Below, piece by piece: positions 9,289 to 18,662 of a stretch of 64,000 nucleotides of DNA (positions are counted from its first letter, which is position 1; each line of letters begins with the position of its first letter). The stretch is taken from the IMG/VR virus record IMGVR_UViG_3300045000_000081, positions 3,736 through 67,735 of that record. The stretch is one strand, 5' to 3'. A program made the position numbers and the translations under genes. This DNA comes from a virus (lineage: Duplodnaviria > Caudoviricetes). A model generated the notes under the pieces. The model made no database searches. It was given only the letters and a program-made list of their open reading frames with translations, and was not told the DNA's origin.

Positions 9289-9764
9289 AGATTGATAATT
9301 GCTCCTGTCCCGAAATGCTGTAAAGCTCCGCAATCGTAAGCCCGGGCCGCATCGAGTTCTGACGAAAAATAGCCGAGATGAATCCGTTTCGTGTTCAACC
9401 GCAAATCCGCAGACCATCGCTGTTTTTCCCGTGCCCACGATACCCCCCGAAAAGGGCTAGTCTTTCCGTAGGGCTTTCTACGAAAGGCCCGACTGTTTTC
9501 GACTCGGGTCATCTCTCGGAGATTTTTGCGCTGATTGTTAAGCCCGTCCCCGTCCTCATGGTCTGTATCCTTGTCCACAGCAGTCCCGAGGATTAGCCGG
9601 TGCATCTTCGCGTAAGAATATCCTCCGCCTGCTTTCGGGATGTTAGTGGCCGCATACCATCGACGACCACTCTTCGAGGCGTGCCAAGTATAGGACTTCA
9701 GCTTTTCGTAGTCACCGTCATCCACTAGGGCAATTTTTCCCCGGGTAAGCGGGATTGTCTTCAT
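9285..9764 (-). CDS. HNH-AP2 homing endonuclease
   Basis: MKTIPLTRGKIALVDD, DHEDGDGLNNQRKNLR, AP2 domain FRGVSW...HLGYFSSELDAARAYD. Confidence 0.9.
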   Translation of the reverse strand: MKTIPLTRGKIALVDDGDYEKLKSYTWHASKSGRRWYAATNIPKAGGGYSYAKMHRLILGTAVDKDTDHEDGDGLNNQRKNLREMTRVENSRAFRRKPYGKTSPFRGVSWAREKQRWSADLRLNTKRIHLGYFSSELDAARAYDCGALQHFGTGAIINL

Positions 9765-10360
9765 TCGCTCTCCACTTCCTCGGGGATTTCCATCGTCAGC
9801 GGCTTCTTGTCCGTCGGACAAATCGGCGGTCCGAAGTCCGCCCACTTCTTCGCGAGACGCACCGTGTATCCGCAGCAATCGCACTCGGCTTTGTGCATCC
9901 GCGTTGTTTGGACCTTGCGCTCACGGGTGTGTTTTAATTCGCTATGTGGGTAAGGACCGAGGTCGGAGAGTATCGCGTGTAAACGCTCAACCATTGCCGC
10001 GTCCGCAGTCGTGGTGGTCGGCTTTCCTTCGAGACCGACTTGCTTCATTGCCCGCTTGAACTTGGGACCGTGTTTGGCTTTGGTGCCGATGGCCGCATGA
10101 ACCATCTCGTGAACCAACGTAGCAAGCACTCCGCCCGCCGTGGCCGCATCGCAGAGCATCGGGGAGATAAAAAGCTGCGGTTTGCCATCGGCGGCACACA
10201 GCCCATCCCAACACTCCCCGATGACCTTTTTCTTCGTGGCCAGTCCGCCCTTGGATGGGAACCCGCACGAAACCCGAAGCTCTGGGACGGCAAGGCCAGC
10301 CCCTCGGAAAAGGGGCGTAAGTTTTCCGACCGCGTCGGTCAACCATTGTTCTCGGTTCAT
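9761..10360 (-). CDS. SprT-like zinc metalloprotease
   Basis: HEMVH, HGPKF, C-terminal CxxC...CP zinc cluster. Confidence 0.8.
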   Translation of the reverse strand: MNREQWLTDAVGKLTPLFRGAGLAVPELRVSCGFPSKGGLATKKKVIGECWDGLCAADGKPQLFISPMLCDAATAGGVLATLVHEMVHAAIGTKAKHGPKFKRAMKQVGLEGKPTTTTADAAMVERLHAILSDLGPYPHSELKHTRERKVQTTRMHKAECDCCGYTVRLAKKWADFGPPICPTDKKPLTMEIPEEVESE

Positions 10361-10366
10361 GGAAAT

Positions 10367-10413
10367 ACAATACCACAACGAAGCGGGGCGTCAAATTTTA
10401 TTTTTGACGCCCC
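10367..10413 (-). promoter_or_regulatory. hairpin (probable terminator) overlapping a leaderless sigma70 promoter
   Basis: 11-bp inverted repeat GGGGCGTCAAA/TTTGACGCCCC; TTGACG (10394-10389), N16, TATTGT, 6 nt, ATG 10360. Confidence 0.65.
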
Positions 10414-10430
10414 GTTCGTGTAAACACAGA

Positions 10431-11345
10431 TTACTTCAGTCCGATGACTTCGTAAACGAACGCCTGAAAAGCGTCGCTGTTCTTCAAACCGGGCCGAATC
10501 ACCGGGACAGCCGCGAAGTTCTCACCGAACTTCTCCATCTTCGACGTGAGACCCCAACTCTGCTTGGCGTAACCGGAGCGGAGATGGCCAATCTTGCGGG
10601 CGGTGAACATTGCCTTCGCCGCGTGGGTGTAGGCGGTTCCCTTCATGCTCCACAAGACCAATGCGTAGTATTTACCTTCGCATTCATACGGGAACTCGAT
10701 GTGGTCTTCGTCGGCGAGCTTCGCGGGCTTCTCCACGAGACAGAGCGCCGTGGCGAGCCGTTGGAAGTAGCGGAGCGCCTTGCCGGTGCCAGCCTTCGCG
10801 GCGGCTTCGGACGCCGCCCATTCCTTGTAGTCGAGCGTGCCGCCATGCTTGACGATTTCCTGTTCCGTGTGGGCGAGGATGCCCAACACTCCGCCCGTTA
10901 CCTTCTCGGCGAACTGAGTTTTCTTGAAGCCCAGAACGGTGATGTTCAACGGCGGGTCGCCGATGACACCCTGCTTGCTGGGTGAGTGGATGACGAGTGC
11001 CTGTTTCAGCACGATTTCGCCCGGGTTGAAGATTTCAGACAAATCACCGACCTTCTGCACGATGTTGATACGCGGGAGGATGATGTCCTCAAAGCCGATA
11101 TTTTGGTCGTCGAACGCAATCGGACTATCCACGACGGCGGGGGCTTCCGGTGCATTGACCACCACAACCGTAGTGACGGGAGTAGCAGGAACCAACGGGG
11201 CCGGAATAGCTACACCGCCGCCGACGGTGTTGATGCTTTCCACCGTGACACCCGCAACCGGAGTCGGGTTTTCAATGCGCTCCACCGTCACGGAACCTTC
11301 CGTAAGGGCCGGGGCCGCTTCATTTTTCTCAAACGATACTTTCAT
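10431..11345 (-). CDS. phage protein, possible ssDNA-binding/annealing protein
   Basis: Long ORF in the replication module after the DUF2800-type nuclease; function inferred from position only. Confidence 0.45.
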   Translation of the reverse strand: MKVSFEKNEAAPALTEGSVTVERIENPTPVAGVTVESINTVGGGVAIPAPLVPATPVTTVVVVNAPEAPAVVDSPIAFDDQNIGFEDIILPRINIVQKVGDLSEIFNPGEIVLKQALVIHSPSKQGVIGDPPLNITVLGFKKTQFAEKVTGGVLGILAHTEQEIVKHGGTLDYKEWAASEAAAKAGTGKALRYFQRLATALCLVEKPAKLADEDHIEFPYECEGKYYALVLWSMKGTAYTHAAKAMFTARKIGHLRSGYAKQSWGLTSKMEKFGENFAAVPVIRPGLKNSDAFQAFVYEVIGLK

Positions 11346-11375
11346 GTTTTTTCTTTCTGTTTTGGGTTTTGTTGT

Positions 11376-12629
11376 TTACTTCGCGGCAACCTTGGTCTTA
11401 TCAGACTTTTTTGATTGCCGCAAAAATGCAAATGGATTGCCGAGTTCAACGATGCCCGCATCCTCGACTCGCTGACCAAATTCTTCGACAGTCTTCTCCT
11501 TCTGACCGCGCGGGGCTGACGCTGAAATTAAATCTTCAACTGGAGTAATGGGTATATCAAAAAGTTTCTCAATCTCCGCGCGAAGTTCTTCTGGCAGAAA
11601 TTCTTTGGCCGCATCCGCAAATTTCCGGGAGTCGAGAATTTTACGCTTCTGCATTGTAACCAGCGTATATCCATCGGGAATAAAGTCCATATTCTCGATG
11701 GTCTTCTCCGTCGCTTGCCGACGAAACGCTTCTGCCCATATTTTCAACACGTCCGCGAGTCGGATGCCCATGTCCACATCTTTTGGGTCAAAAATCGTCG
11801 TGGGATTTACATTAGCTGGAATCTCCAGCGGCTTATATTTCTGTCCAACTTTCAGGGCGAGCGCAGCAACCGCCGGACATTTGCCAACCAACGCGCAAAA
11901 AAGGCAGGTGCCGACGTTGGGTTTTGCGGAAGAAAAATCGTGCGGATTTGCTGCGGCGGCAATCGAGCGACCAACCACGACGCGGATACGGAGATGGTAT
12001 GACGAACAATCCGACAGGTCAAAAGTATGCTCCGACATCTCGTCGATGTGTGGCTGGATAAAAGATACCCGACACTTGCGTAGCTTCGGAAACATTTTCT
12101 TCAAGCCCAGCATGTAGGCGATGCCCTGAAGGTTGTCCTCTGCGGAAGTCACCGCATTGCGACCAAACTTGTAATCGACGATGTCCGCCTCGGTCCCATC
12201 GGCGGAGATGACCGCAAAGTCGAGATAGCCCGCCGTGGTGCCTTCAAAAACAACGTGCTTAGTTTCTCCCTGACGGAAGCCCGGGGAGACCTGACCGTCT
12301 TCCGTGAGAATATCGAATCGTTCGATACTTTTAACCGTAATAACGATGACTTCGTCGTCAATGGGCAGGTAAGCTTCCTTGAGAATGGTGCCCCCGGGAT
12401 AACCAAAAGCACGTTCCTCACAAAAGAGCATACAGTCTGCAACCGCCGCAGCACGGTCGTCCGAGAGCCGGTTGTCGTCCGCACCACGTTCTACCGCATC
12501 GTGCTGGATTGTGCCAAATATCGCCGCTTCATTCGTGGAGTTCCGGTTTTGGAATTTGGGGCAGGCTTCGCGACTTTGAAGCGAGGAAGGCGAGTAGGGA
12601 TGATGGATACGCGGTGTTTCGTTATTCAT
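11376..12629 (-). CDS. PD-(D/E)XK nuclease, DUF2800/Cas4-like
   Basis: YSPSS...CP, GYLDF, IVDYKFG, NLQGIAY, CLFC...CP. Confidence 0.8.
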   Translation of the reverse strand: MNNETPRIHHPYSPSSLQSREACPKFQNRNSTNEAAIFGTIQHDAVERGADDNRLSDDRAAAVADCMLFCEERAFGYPGGTILKEAYLPIDDEVIVITVKSIERFDILTEDGQVSPGFRQGETKHVVFEGTTAGYLDFAVISADGTEADIVDYKFGRNAVTSAEDNLQGIAYMLGLKKMFPKLRKCRVSFIQPHIDEMSEHTFDLSDCSSYHLRIRVVVGRSIAAAANPHDFSSAKPNVGTCLFCALVGKCPAVAALALKVGQKYKPLEIPANVNPTTIFDPKDVDMGIRLADVLKIWAEAFRRQATEKTIENMDFIPDGYTLVTMQKRKILDSRKFADAAKEFLPEELRAEIEKLFDIPITPVEDLISASAPRGQKEKTVEEFGQRVEDAGIVELGNPFAFLRQSKKSDKTKVAAK

Positions 12630-12640
12630 TATTTTGAATG

Positions 12641-12669
12641 AGAGATGCGAGCCGGTTTACCAATGTCAA
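12641..12669 (-). promoter_or_regulatory. class II phage promoter (TTGACW-N17-AYYTYT)
   Basis: TTGACA 12669-12664, ATCTCT 12646-12641; one of 7 identically spaced copies. Confidence 0.65.
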
Positions 12670-12689
12670 TCCGAGCATGTAAACGACTT

Positions 12690-13007
12690 TCATAGCGCGC
12701 AGGGTGGAAATGTAATGATAGCTTTCGAGTGTTGAACTTGGCCCGCTTTAGCATAGGCTACCCAGCAGTCCTCGGTCTCTTCTCCCTCTCCGTTCATCTG
12801 GAACAAAACGTGTGGGAATTCTTGTGACCATTTTGTCAGGTCCTCTTTCCACTCATACCACTTGCCGGGTTCCTCCGAAGACCTCGCATCTTCAGACAAG
12901 CAGTATTGCGCCCCTTCAGAGGTTAAAACCAACCGTTTGATTGCCTCCTCTTGCGCTGGGTCGGTCGCTCCGAACCAGTCAAGACGGAATCGGGTGTAGT
13001 ATCCCAT
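12690..13007 (-). CDS. hypothetical phage protein (MGYYTRF...)
   Basis: ATG at 13007 abuts the upstream stop. Confidence 0.7.
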   Translation of the reverse strand: MGYYTRFRLDWFGATDPAQEEAIKRLVLTSEGAQYCLSEDARSSEEPGKWYEWKEDLTKWSQEFPHVLFQMNGEGEETEDCWVAYAKAGQVQHSKAIITFPPCAL

Positions 13008-13008
13008 C

Positions 13009-13302
13009 TTACTCACTCTCCGGGTTGCGATGAATAGACCGCGCCTCCGCGCACATCCCGGAAGTGCGCGGGTGCTCCCCCAATTTTGGAGATTCCGGCG
13101 ACTCCGGCGACTCCGGCGACTCCGGCGACTCCGGCACGTAGGACGCCAACACCCGTAAAGAACTGCCGAGCTTTGCCTCGTCGCGGGCAAGCTGACGCTC
13201 TGCACACAAATCCGCCCACTGATTCGTTTCAGGACGGCCCCGCTGACCCCAAAGAGCCGCCATGATTTCCCGACCACCACAACCGACTTTTCCTTTTTTC
13301 AT
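13009..13302 (-). CDS. hypothetical protein with (ESP)n repeat
   Basis: ATGA overlap with the HNH stop. Confidence 0.6.
   Translation of the reverse strand: MKKGKVGCGGREIMAALWGQRGRPETNQWADLCAERQLARDEAKLGSSLRVLASYVPESPESPESPESPESPKLGEHPRTSGMCAEARSIHRNPESE
13093..13135. repeat. 9-bp tandem repeat (CTCCGGCGA) x about 4.8
   Basis: Read directly from the sequence. Confidence 0.9.
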
Positions 13303-13727
13303 ATTTTGATTCCTTTACTGTTTAGCTGTTCTCGGAGAAGTTGATTCTCCCGTTTCAACCGTTGAACTTCGATGAATAGGTTGAAATGCACTCGTGAGTG
13401 ATTCTTTTTATCTATCACAAAAAGATTCTCAATTCGATTATCCGTTTTAATTCCATTCAGATGATGAACTTCTTCTCCGGGAAGAAGCTCTCGACCCAAA
13501 AAAGCTTTCATCACTTGCTGATGTTCATAACACCCGCGTCGGCTACGACCGCCGCGAATTCTTACATATCCGTTAGTGTCCACCACCTTTCCTCCCCGAT
13601 AGGCCGGGTTTTTGTTCCCCACAAAGGATTTTCCATGACACGACCGGGAACAAAACTTCTTTGTTTTTGCGACACTTGGGCAGCAAAGGATTTCTTTCCC
13701 GCAAAATTGACAAAGAACTACGGTCAC
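13299..13727 (-). CDS. HNH homing endonuclease
   Basis: GYVRI...YEHQQVM...EEVHHLNGIKTDNRIENL. Confidence 0.9.
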   Translation of the reverse strand: MTVVLCQFCGKEILCCPSVAKTKKFCSRSCHGKSFVGNKNPAYRGGKVVDTNGYVRIRGGRSRRGCYEHQQVMKAFLGRELLPGEEVHHLNGIKTDNRIENLFVIDKKNHSRVHFNLFIEVQRLKRENQLLREQLNSKGIKI

Positions 13728-13907
13728 TTAATACTTTCCTTTGATTCGTTTTACCATCCTAGCGTGGGTGGGTCTCCATCCATTTTCTACTCCGCGCAAT
13801 AGACGGACTTGCGCGTCAGCTTTTGCCCTGCTTGTGTGTTTACTTTTTGTTCCATTAGGTGTGGAGACTCGATAGCCCCCCTTCACTTTTGTTATTTTCT
13901 CCGGCAT
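13728..13907 (-). CDS. small basic phage protein (59 aa, MPEKITKVKGGYRVSTPNG...)
   Basis: Hand-translated; fills the gap between helicase and HNH exactly. Confidence 0.7.
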   Translation of the reverse strand: MPEKITKVKGGYRVSTPNGTKSKHTSRAKADAQVRLLRGVENGWRPTHARMVKRIKGKY

Positions 13908-13923
13908 ATTATCTCACCTCCTT

Positions 13924-15453
13924 TCATTCTGTCAAATTAAAATTTGTCAGCGCATCCAGTGAATGTGACGAAAGCGGTAAATTTGCCGCCCACAAATCAC
14001 CGTCGTTGAGAGCGTCAATCTGGTTGAGTTTCTGCGAAAGCTGGCGATGCGTTTTTACCTCGACGGTGTTCGCCGCCAGAATCACGCGATAAAAAGATTT
14101 ACTTTTTCCACCGGCCCGGGGAAATCTTCCGCATACCTGACGAAAGGCCGAGGCGCTATTCGGAAGCGATACCAATCCGCCCCGTGGGTATTTTCCGGTC
14201 AGGTCATGTAAACTGATTGACACTCCTCCCGCTTGATTATTCAACAGGATACCACGCTCACGGTCCGCTTGAATATCGTCGATGAATCCTTGCCGTTGGG
14301 TCTGTCCCGATTTCCCGCGTTGATGACCGTCGATACGACATTTCCATTTTAATCTTTTTTGTAACGCATCCAACGTCGCCGTGAAATTCACGAAGATTCC
14401 AACTGTGCGCCCGGAAGCAATCGCTTCATTCGCAATTTCCTCAAAGAGCGGGGCCTTAAGAAGTTCAACCTCTTGCCGAGCGCGAAGTAATTTGGTCAGG
14501 GGAAGCTCCACGGACCGGTCTCCCAACTTGCGCTCATTAAGTTCGCGAATTGCATCGTCCATTTCCGCGTAAAGTTCGTCGATGCGACCACTTTCTTTGA
14601 GGTCATAGAGTTCTGCGGTGATATGACAGGCCGGAAACGCATCCCCGAGTTCTTCAATACGGACCCTCTCGCCTCGCGACGGGAAAATTTCCTGATGTAA
14701 CTGCGCCATTTTGTGACGCCGGAATTCTTCATTCCCCATGAATTGCAATCCGCCAAAAGGTGATTTGCGACAACCCAATCGGTTAGCCCACCGATAGAAG
14801 CCCGGGAGATTCGCGTCTTTCCGGTCCACCAGATGATGGAGCCCCAGCAGATAACCCAATGCCCGGAAATTAAGTGGCGAATCGGCCACTGTCGCAGATA
14901 ACCCCAAGACCGGTATCCCGGCAATTTTCGCACCCACGAGCATATCTGAATTAAGCGAATCGACTGCTCCGCAACGATGCACCTCATCAAGAATGAGTAG
15001 CCGAATGTTGCTATTCCAAAAGAATTTTCCATAATTGTGTGGACGAGTTTTAGAAATTGCACAATGAATACCGGCAGGGTGATGCGGACACGAAAACGGC
15101 TTGGCCAAATCAATCTTCAACTGACATTCGCTACATTCAAGAAAAGATTCGGATTTCTCTGTCGGCATGTTTTCCCATGTCCCAAAAGGGGTCTTGCCAG
15201 TCCGTATCATCTCGTAGTTGAGCACGTCAAATTCGGTGCCCATTAGTGTCCCGACTCGCTTCCAAGCCGTAATCGAAATCTGAGGACATACCACCAGAGT
15301 CGGGACATTTAACTCACGAGCGACGGCGATAGCAACATAAGTTTTCCCGGTTCCCATCTCCGAGGCATCTATCGCCGACCTACCGGTTCGTAGAATAGAT
15401 AATAAATGCTCCGCCACGGGCTTTTGATATTCCAGAAGTCCCTCAGTCCTCAT
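13924..15453 (-). CDS. superfamily 2 (SNF2-like) helicase
   Basis: LLEYQ, EMGTGKT, LILDEVH, LSAT, motif VI QVCGRFPR; start MRTEGLL. Confidence 0.88.
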   Translation of the reverse strand: MRTEGLLEYQKPVAEHLLSILRTGRSAIDASEMGTGKTYVAIAVARELNVPTLVVCPQISITAWKRVGTLMGTEFDVLNYEMIRTGKTPFGTWENMPTEKSESFLECSECQLKIDLAKPFSCPHHPAGIHCAISKTRPHNYGKFFWNSNIRLLILDEVHRCGAVDSLNSDMLVGAKIAGIPVLGLSATVADSPLNFRALGYLLGLHHLVDRKDANLPGFYRWANRLGCRKSPFGGLQFMGNEEFRRHKMAQLHQEIFPSRGERVRIEELGDAFPACHITAELYDLKESGRIDELYAEMDDAIRELNERKLGDRSVELPLTKLLRARQEVELLKAPLFEEIANEAIASGRTVGIFVNFTATLDALQKRLKWKCRIDGHQRGKSGQTQRQGFIDDIQADRERGILLNNQAGGVSISLHDLTGKYPRGGLVSLPNSASAFRQVCGRFPRAGGKSKSFYRVILAANTVEVKTHRQLSQKLNQIDALNDGDLWAANLPLSSHSLDALTNFNLTE

Positions 15454-15631
15454 ACACTGCCCATTTCTTCTCGGGGCCGAGACCCTCTCCCAACAATTGT
15501 TCGACAGACTCGCGACAGTCTGAGGAATGATGGACAATGCGTGAACCCACACAATCGACACACGGATGGCACCAACATTTTGCCGAATGTTCATGCGAAA
15601 AATCGTCATTGAGTGGAACGACATTAACCAT
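15443..15631 (-). CDS. small His/Cys-rich protein
   Basis: HEHSAKCWCHP...IVHH metal-binding-like pattern. Confidence 0.65.
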   Translation of the reverse strand: MVNVVPLNDDFSHEHSAKCWCHPCVDCVGSRIVHHSSDCRESVEQLLGEGLGPEKKWAVYED

Positions 15632-15632
15632 C

Positions 15633-15887
15633 TTAATTTCCTTTGGCGTAATTGCAGTTCGCCGAATGTGTTGAAGTCACATCCCCGTCGCACGCCGGGC
15701 ATATCCACTCGTATTCATCGGCGAGTTCAAAAGATTCATCGAATTGTTCTCGGGACATCAACTCGCGCTCGGGCGGGCTATCCCATCGTTGAAGGGCCAC
15801 TGTGCCGCCGGGATTCAATGCCTCAATCATCCAGAGCAATCCGCTTATCTTCCGTCTCCAAAATTGTCCCTCGCGAAGTCCTTTCAT
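15633..15887 (-). CDS. hypothetical protein with C-terminal CPAC zinc motif
   Basis: ATGA overlap with the upstream stop. Confidence 0.6.
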   Translation of the reverse strand: MKGLREGQFWRRKISGLLWMIEALNPGGTVALQRWDSPPERELMSREQFDESFELADEYEWICPACDGDVTSTHSANCNYAKGN

Positions 15888-16144
15888 GCAAAGTGAAATC
15901 CCTCCCGGCTCCCCGGCGAGCGAATCACCAGAATTCCCCGGTAATAAAAGTGCGCCACTCCCTGTCGTTGAAATTCGAGCGATACCTGAGATTGTGAACA
16001 CGACTGAAAGTCCGCGACACTCGTGGCTACTTCTGAGAATAGCTGGTCGTAGTCTTCTGAACCCAGAATCGCAATCTTCGCGGGTAGTTGCGCGATAGCG
16101 ACATATCCCCGAAGATGTTGGCTAAATCGGACCTTAGCGTTCAT
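15884..16144 (-). CDS. hypothetical protein
   Basis: Tiles the operon with overlapping start/stop. Confidence 0.55.
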   Translation of the reverse strand: MNAKVRFSQHLRGYVAIAQLPAKIAILGSEDYDQLFSEVATSVADFQSCSQSQVSLEFQRQGVAHFYYRGILVIRSPGSREGFHFA

Positions 16145-16806
16145 CAAAAATATAGAAGTTCGATGGCAATCTGCCCCTCGAAAATAGGTCCCGTCAGTTC
16201 ACCGACTTGATGCGTCAGCGGTTCGATGAGCAACCAATGACCCCCCTTGATTCGCATAATGACCATCACGTGATAAAGCGGGAAGTCCGCGGGGTCAAAA
16301 GTCATGGGACGATACTCGTAAATCGGGCCGTCGATTCGGACTCCCACGAAGCCGATGGCCAGTGCTGCCGGATATTCGCGGTATTCGACCAACGCTTCCT
16401 TGCGAAGCAGAATCATCAATTCGGCGGCGTTGTCGTCACAGTCATAAGCTTCGGGCACGTAAACGTCCTCAAGCTTTCGGAAAGCGCGCTTCAAAATCAG
16501 TTTGGCCGTTGGCAGCGTGGGGCACACATAACGCGAGTCAACCGTGAACGGCGGCTGGCGAAGGTCCGGGCACAAGTCCGCGAGTTCCGATTCAAACGTT
16601 CGTTCAGACGCAATATCGGCGGGTTCAGTCTGTCCATCCGGGCGAAGCGTGCGTTGCGGACTATGTGGACGCGCCTTCTTGCCAAAATACGCGGCGGGAG
16701 AAGTCGCTTCGTTCTTCGACGGTGCGACACGGAGAAAAACCGCCTCAACGGCAATTAGGAGCGAGAGAACTGCCACTATGGCGATTTGTTTTTTGGGACT
16801 ACGCAT
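16144..16806 (-). CDS. membrane-anchored or secreted papain/transglutaminase-fold protein
   Basis: N-terminal basic-hydrophobic signal; YDCDDNA, HVMVI, WLLIEP (Cys-His-acid arrangement). Confidence 0.6.
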   Translation of the reverse strand: MRSPKKQIAIVAVLSLLIAVEAVFLRVAPSKNEATSPAAYFGKKARPHSPQRTLRPDGQTEPADIASERTFESELADLCPDLRQPPFTVDSRYVCPTLPTAKLILKRAFRKLEDVYVPEAYDCDDNAAELMILLRKEALVEYREYPAALAIGFVGVRIDGPIYEYRPMTFDPADFPLYHVMVIMRIKGGHWLLIEPLTHQVGELTGPIFEGQIAIELLYF

Positions 16807-16808
16807 GA

Positions 16809-17210
16809 CTATCGAATTCTTTCTATGGTTACGGGGATAAGCCCCAGTTTTGGATTTGCTAACGCGCTAAACGATGCTTCGGATAGGTCAATTGCACGGT
16901 GTAGCCGCTTGGCGGGTCCTCTATCGTTGACACGCACATCGACATGCCGGTTGAGGTAGGACACCCGGAGAACGGTCCCCAAGGGGTAGTCCCAGGAAGC
17001 GCAAGTAAACCTACGCGGGTCGAAGCATTCGCCCGACGCAGTTCTATTTCCCGCGCACTCAGACCCATACCATGACGCAATTCCCATCGCTCGGTAATCT
17101 CGACGAGACGCCGTTGAAGGGCCATCCATTGCTTGGGTGTCATACGTCAGAACGGAAAGATACACGAACGTCGCCGTTGCGCAAGCAAGGATTGAATTTC
17201 GGGCAACCAT
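16809..17210 (-). CDS. rlpA: RlpA-like (DPBB) lytic transglycosylase
   Basis: GIASWYG, TASGE, VRVNDRGP, IDLS; hydrophobic N-terminus. Confidence 0.88.
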   Translation of the reverse strand: MVARNSILACATATFVYLSVLTYDTQAMDGPSTASRRDYRAMGIASWYGSECAGNRTASGECFDPRRFTCASWDYPLGTVLRVSYLNRHVDVRVNDRGPAKRLHRAIDLSEASFSALANPKLGLIPVTIERIR

Positions 17211-17734
17211 AAAATTCGGAGTCGATAGGTTCTATACCAGTCAGCGTAGTCAAACTCGTCGGGAATCATGTCGCGCGCGTTCGCACGAAACTCATAAATC
17301 TCCCCGCTGAGATGCGCTCGCAGAAGATAAAACCATGCCGGGTCGTAGAAACAGCAATACTTGTCCGCCCAACATAATTGTGAGGGTTTTTCGTGTGCAA
17401 GCTTGGAATACTCCCGGCTGTGATAAAGCGACAGGTCATGCGTGACGCCTTCGTGATATGGGGAATCTCCACAACCCGTCGAGCCGGTGAATCGAAACAT
17501 CCAACGAGCCATCTTTTTTGCAAGGCTTGCTCCGCGTTCCGGGTGTCTGCGACCTTCTTTTCCGTCCATGTTCGGACAACCCCAATATCCAAAATCATGA
17601 CAGAATATGGCGCACCACTCATATCGGTCTGGCCATTTGCCGTATAATTTTCTCCACGCGAGGGCAACCGTAAGAGGATGCCACCAAAAACAATGAACCC
17701 CGAATACGACTGACTTAGTTCCTCTAGAAATCAT
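17147..17734 (-). CDS. putative HD-superfamily phosphohydrolase
   Basis: H...CHDFG...H...HSR...WADK pattern. Confidence 0.55.
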   Translation of the reverse strand: MISRGTKSVVFGVHCFWWHPLTVALAWRKLYGKWPDRYEWCAIFCHDFGYWGCPNMDGKEGRRHPERGASLAKKMARWMFRFTGSTGCGDSPYHEGVTHDLSLYHSREYSKLAHEKPSQLCWADKYCCFYDPAWFYLLRAHLSGEIYEFRANARDMIPDEFDYADWYRTYRLRILWLPEIQSLLAQRRRSCIFPF

Positions 17735-18228
17735 CTCAACTCCTCCGGTTGATAGGTCCTCAAAATTTCAATCGCAAACTTAATTAAGTCAGTAACTCGC
17801 TGTCCCGACGGATGGTGGGAGGCCCAGAGTTCGAGATTTGTAGGCCGATTATCGGACCGTATTCCATTTTTGTGATGGACCGTTTCGTTGAGGAAAAGTT
17901 TACGTCCAAGGATTTTCTCCATCACAACGGTATGCTCCAGCTTCCGGTCAGGATATTTACCCCGTATTTTTGTGCCATTGATTACCACATAGCCTGCCGC
18001 ATGACGCGTTCGTCCGCCTCTCCAACTGGGGTTTTGAGAACCCGTTAACCGTTTACGATGGCCACAACTCTTAGAGCGGCCATATTTCAAACTCGGGAAC
18101 TCCACCGCTCGGATTTCTCCACAATCGCATTTACAAAAAACTCTTGGAATCCTTTGGCCACGGTCGCGAATTGCGGGGCGAGCTATCCTAATGATTTCCC
18201 AGTCCCCATATTTCATTCCCATCTTCAT
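17731..18228 (-). CDS. HNH homing endonuclease
   Basis: CKCDCG, SKSCG, EHTVVME, TVHHKNGIRSDNRPTNLELW. Confidence 0.9.
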   Translation of the reverse strand: MKMGMKYGDWEIIRIARPAIRDRGQRIPRVFCKCDCGEIRAVEFPSLKYGRSKSCGHRKRLTGSQNPSWRGGRTRHAAGYVVINGTKIRGKYPDRKLEHTVVMEKILGRKLFLNETVHHKNGIRSDNRPTNLELWASHHPSGQRVTDLIKFAIEILRTYQPEELR

Positions 18229-18662
18229 CGGTGATCAAGGATATTCGGAATGAGATTGTCGAAGGAATTATTCAACGCCTCTAAAGCCATCGGGACCAAC
18301 CCCCGAAGGTTCGGGATAACCTTTGGGTGGTTGCGAACGTCGATAATGCTGAAAAGTCCCACCTGTTCCTCCGTCGTTTGAGGGAGAGTCTGATTGTTCT
18401 CGGGCAACCGGATTGCGTAGCAATAAACTCCGGCATCCTTAAAACACATTTCGGTGAATGGAGTCCAATCTGTGCCGAGCGTTTTGATGCCGGTTTCTTC
18501 CTCGAATTCGCGCGCCATTCCCGCGTTACAGAATTCGTATTGCTCTAGCTTCCCGCCGACGCCATTCAACAGACCCTTCTGCCACGCTGGTTTGTTTTTG
18601 CGAATCAGCACAACAAAATTGTCATGGTCCGTGAACGCGAAGCCGAGGCAGTATGGAATCAT
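18225..18662 (-). CDS. NUDIX hydrolase
   Basis: Nudix box GGKLEQYEFCNAGMAREFEEETG. Confidence 0.85.
   Translation of the reverse strand: MIPYCLGFAFTDHDNFVVLIRKNKPAWQKGLLNGVGGKLEQYEFCNAGMAREFEEETGIKTLGTDWTPFTEMCFKDAGVYCYAIRLPENNQTLPQTTEEQVGLFSIIDVRNHPKVIPNLRGLVPMALEALNNSFDNLIPNILDHR

Noticed and set aside
10140-10985. 281-aa plus-strand ORF and similar long antisense ORFs (1350-2270, 37272-38264, 56705-57586)
   Set aside because: They are shadows of well-supported genes on the opposite strand and have no recognisable motifs.
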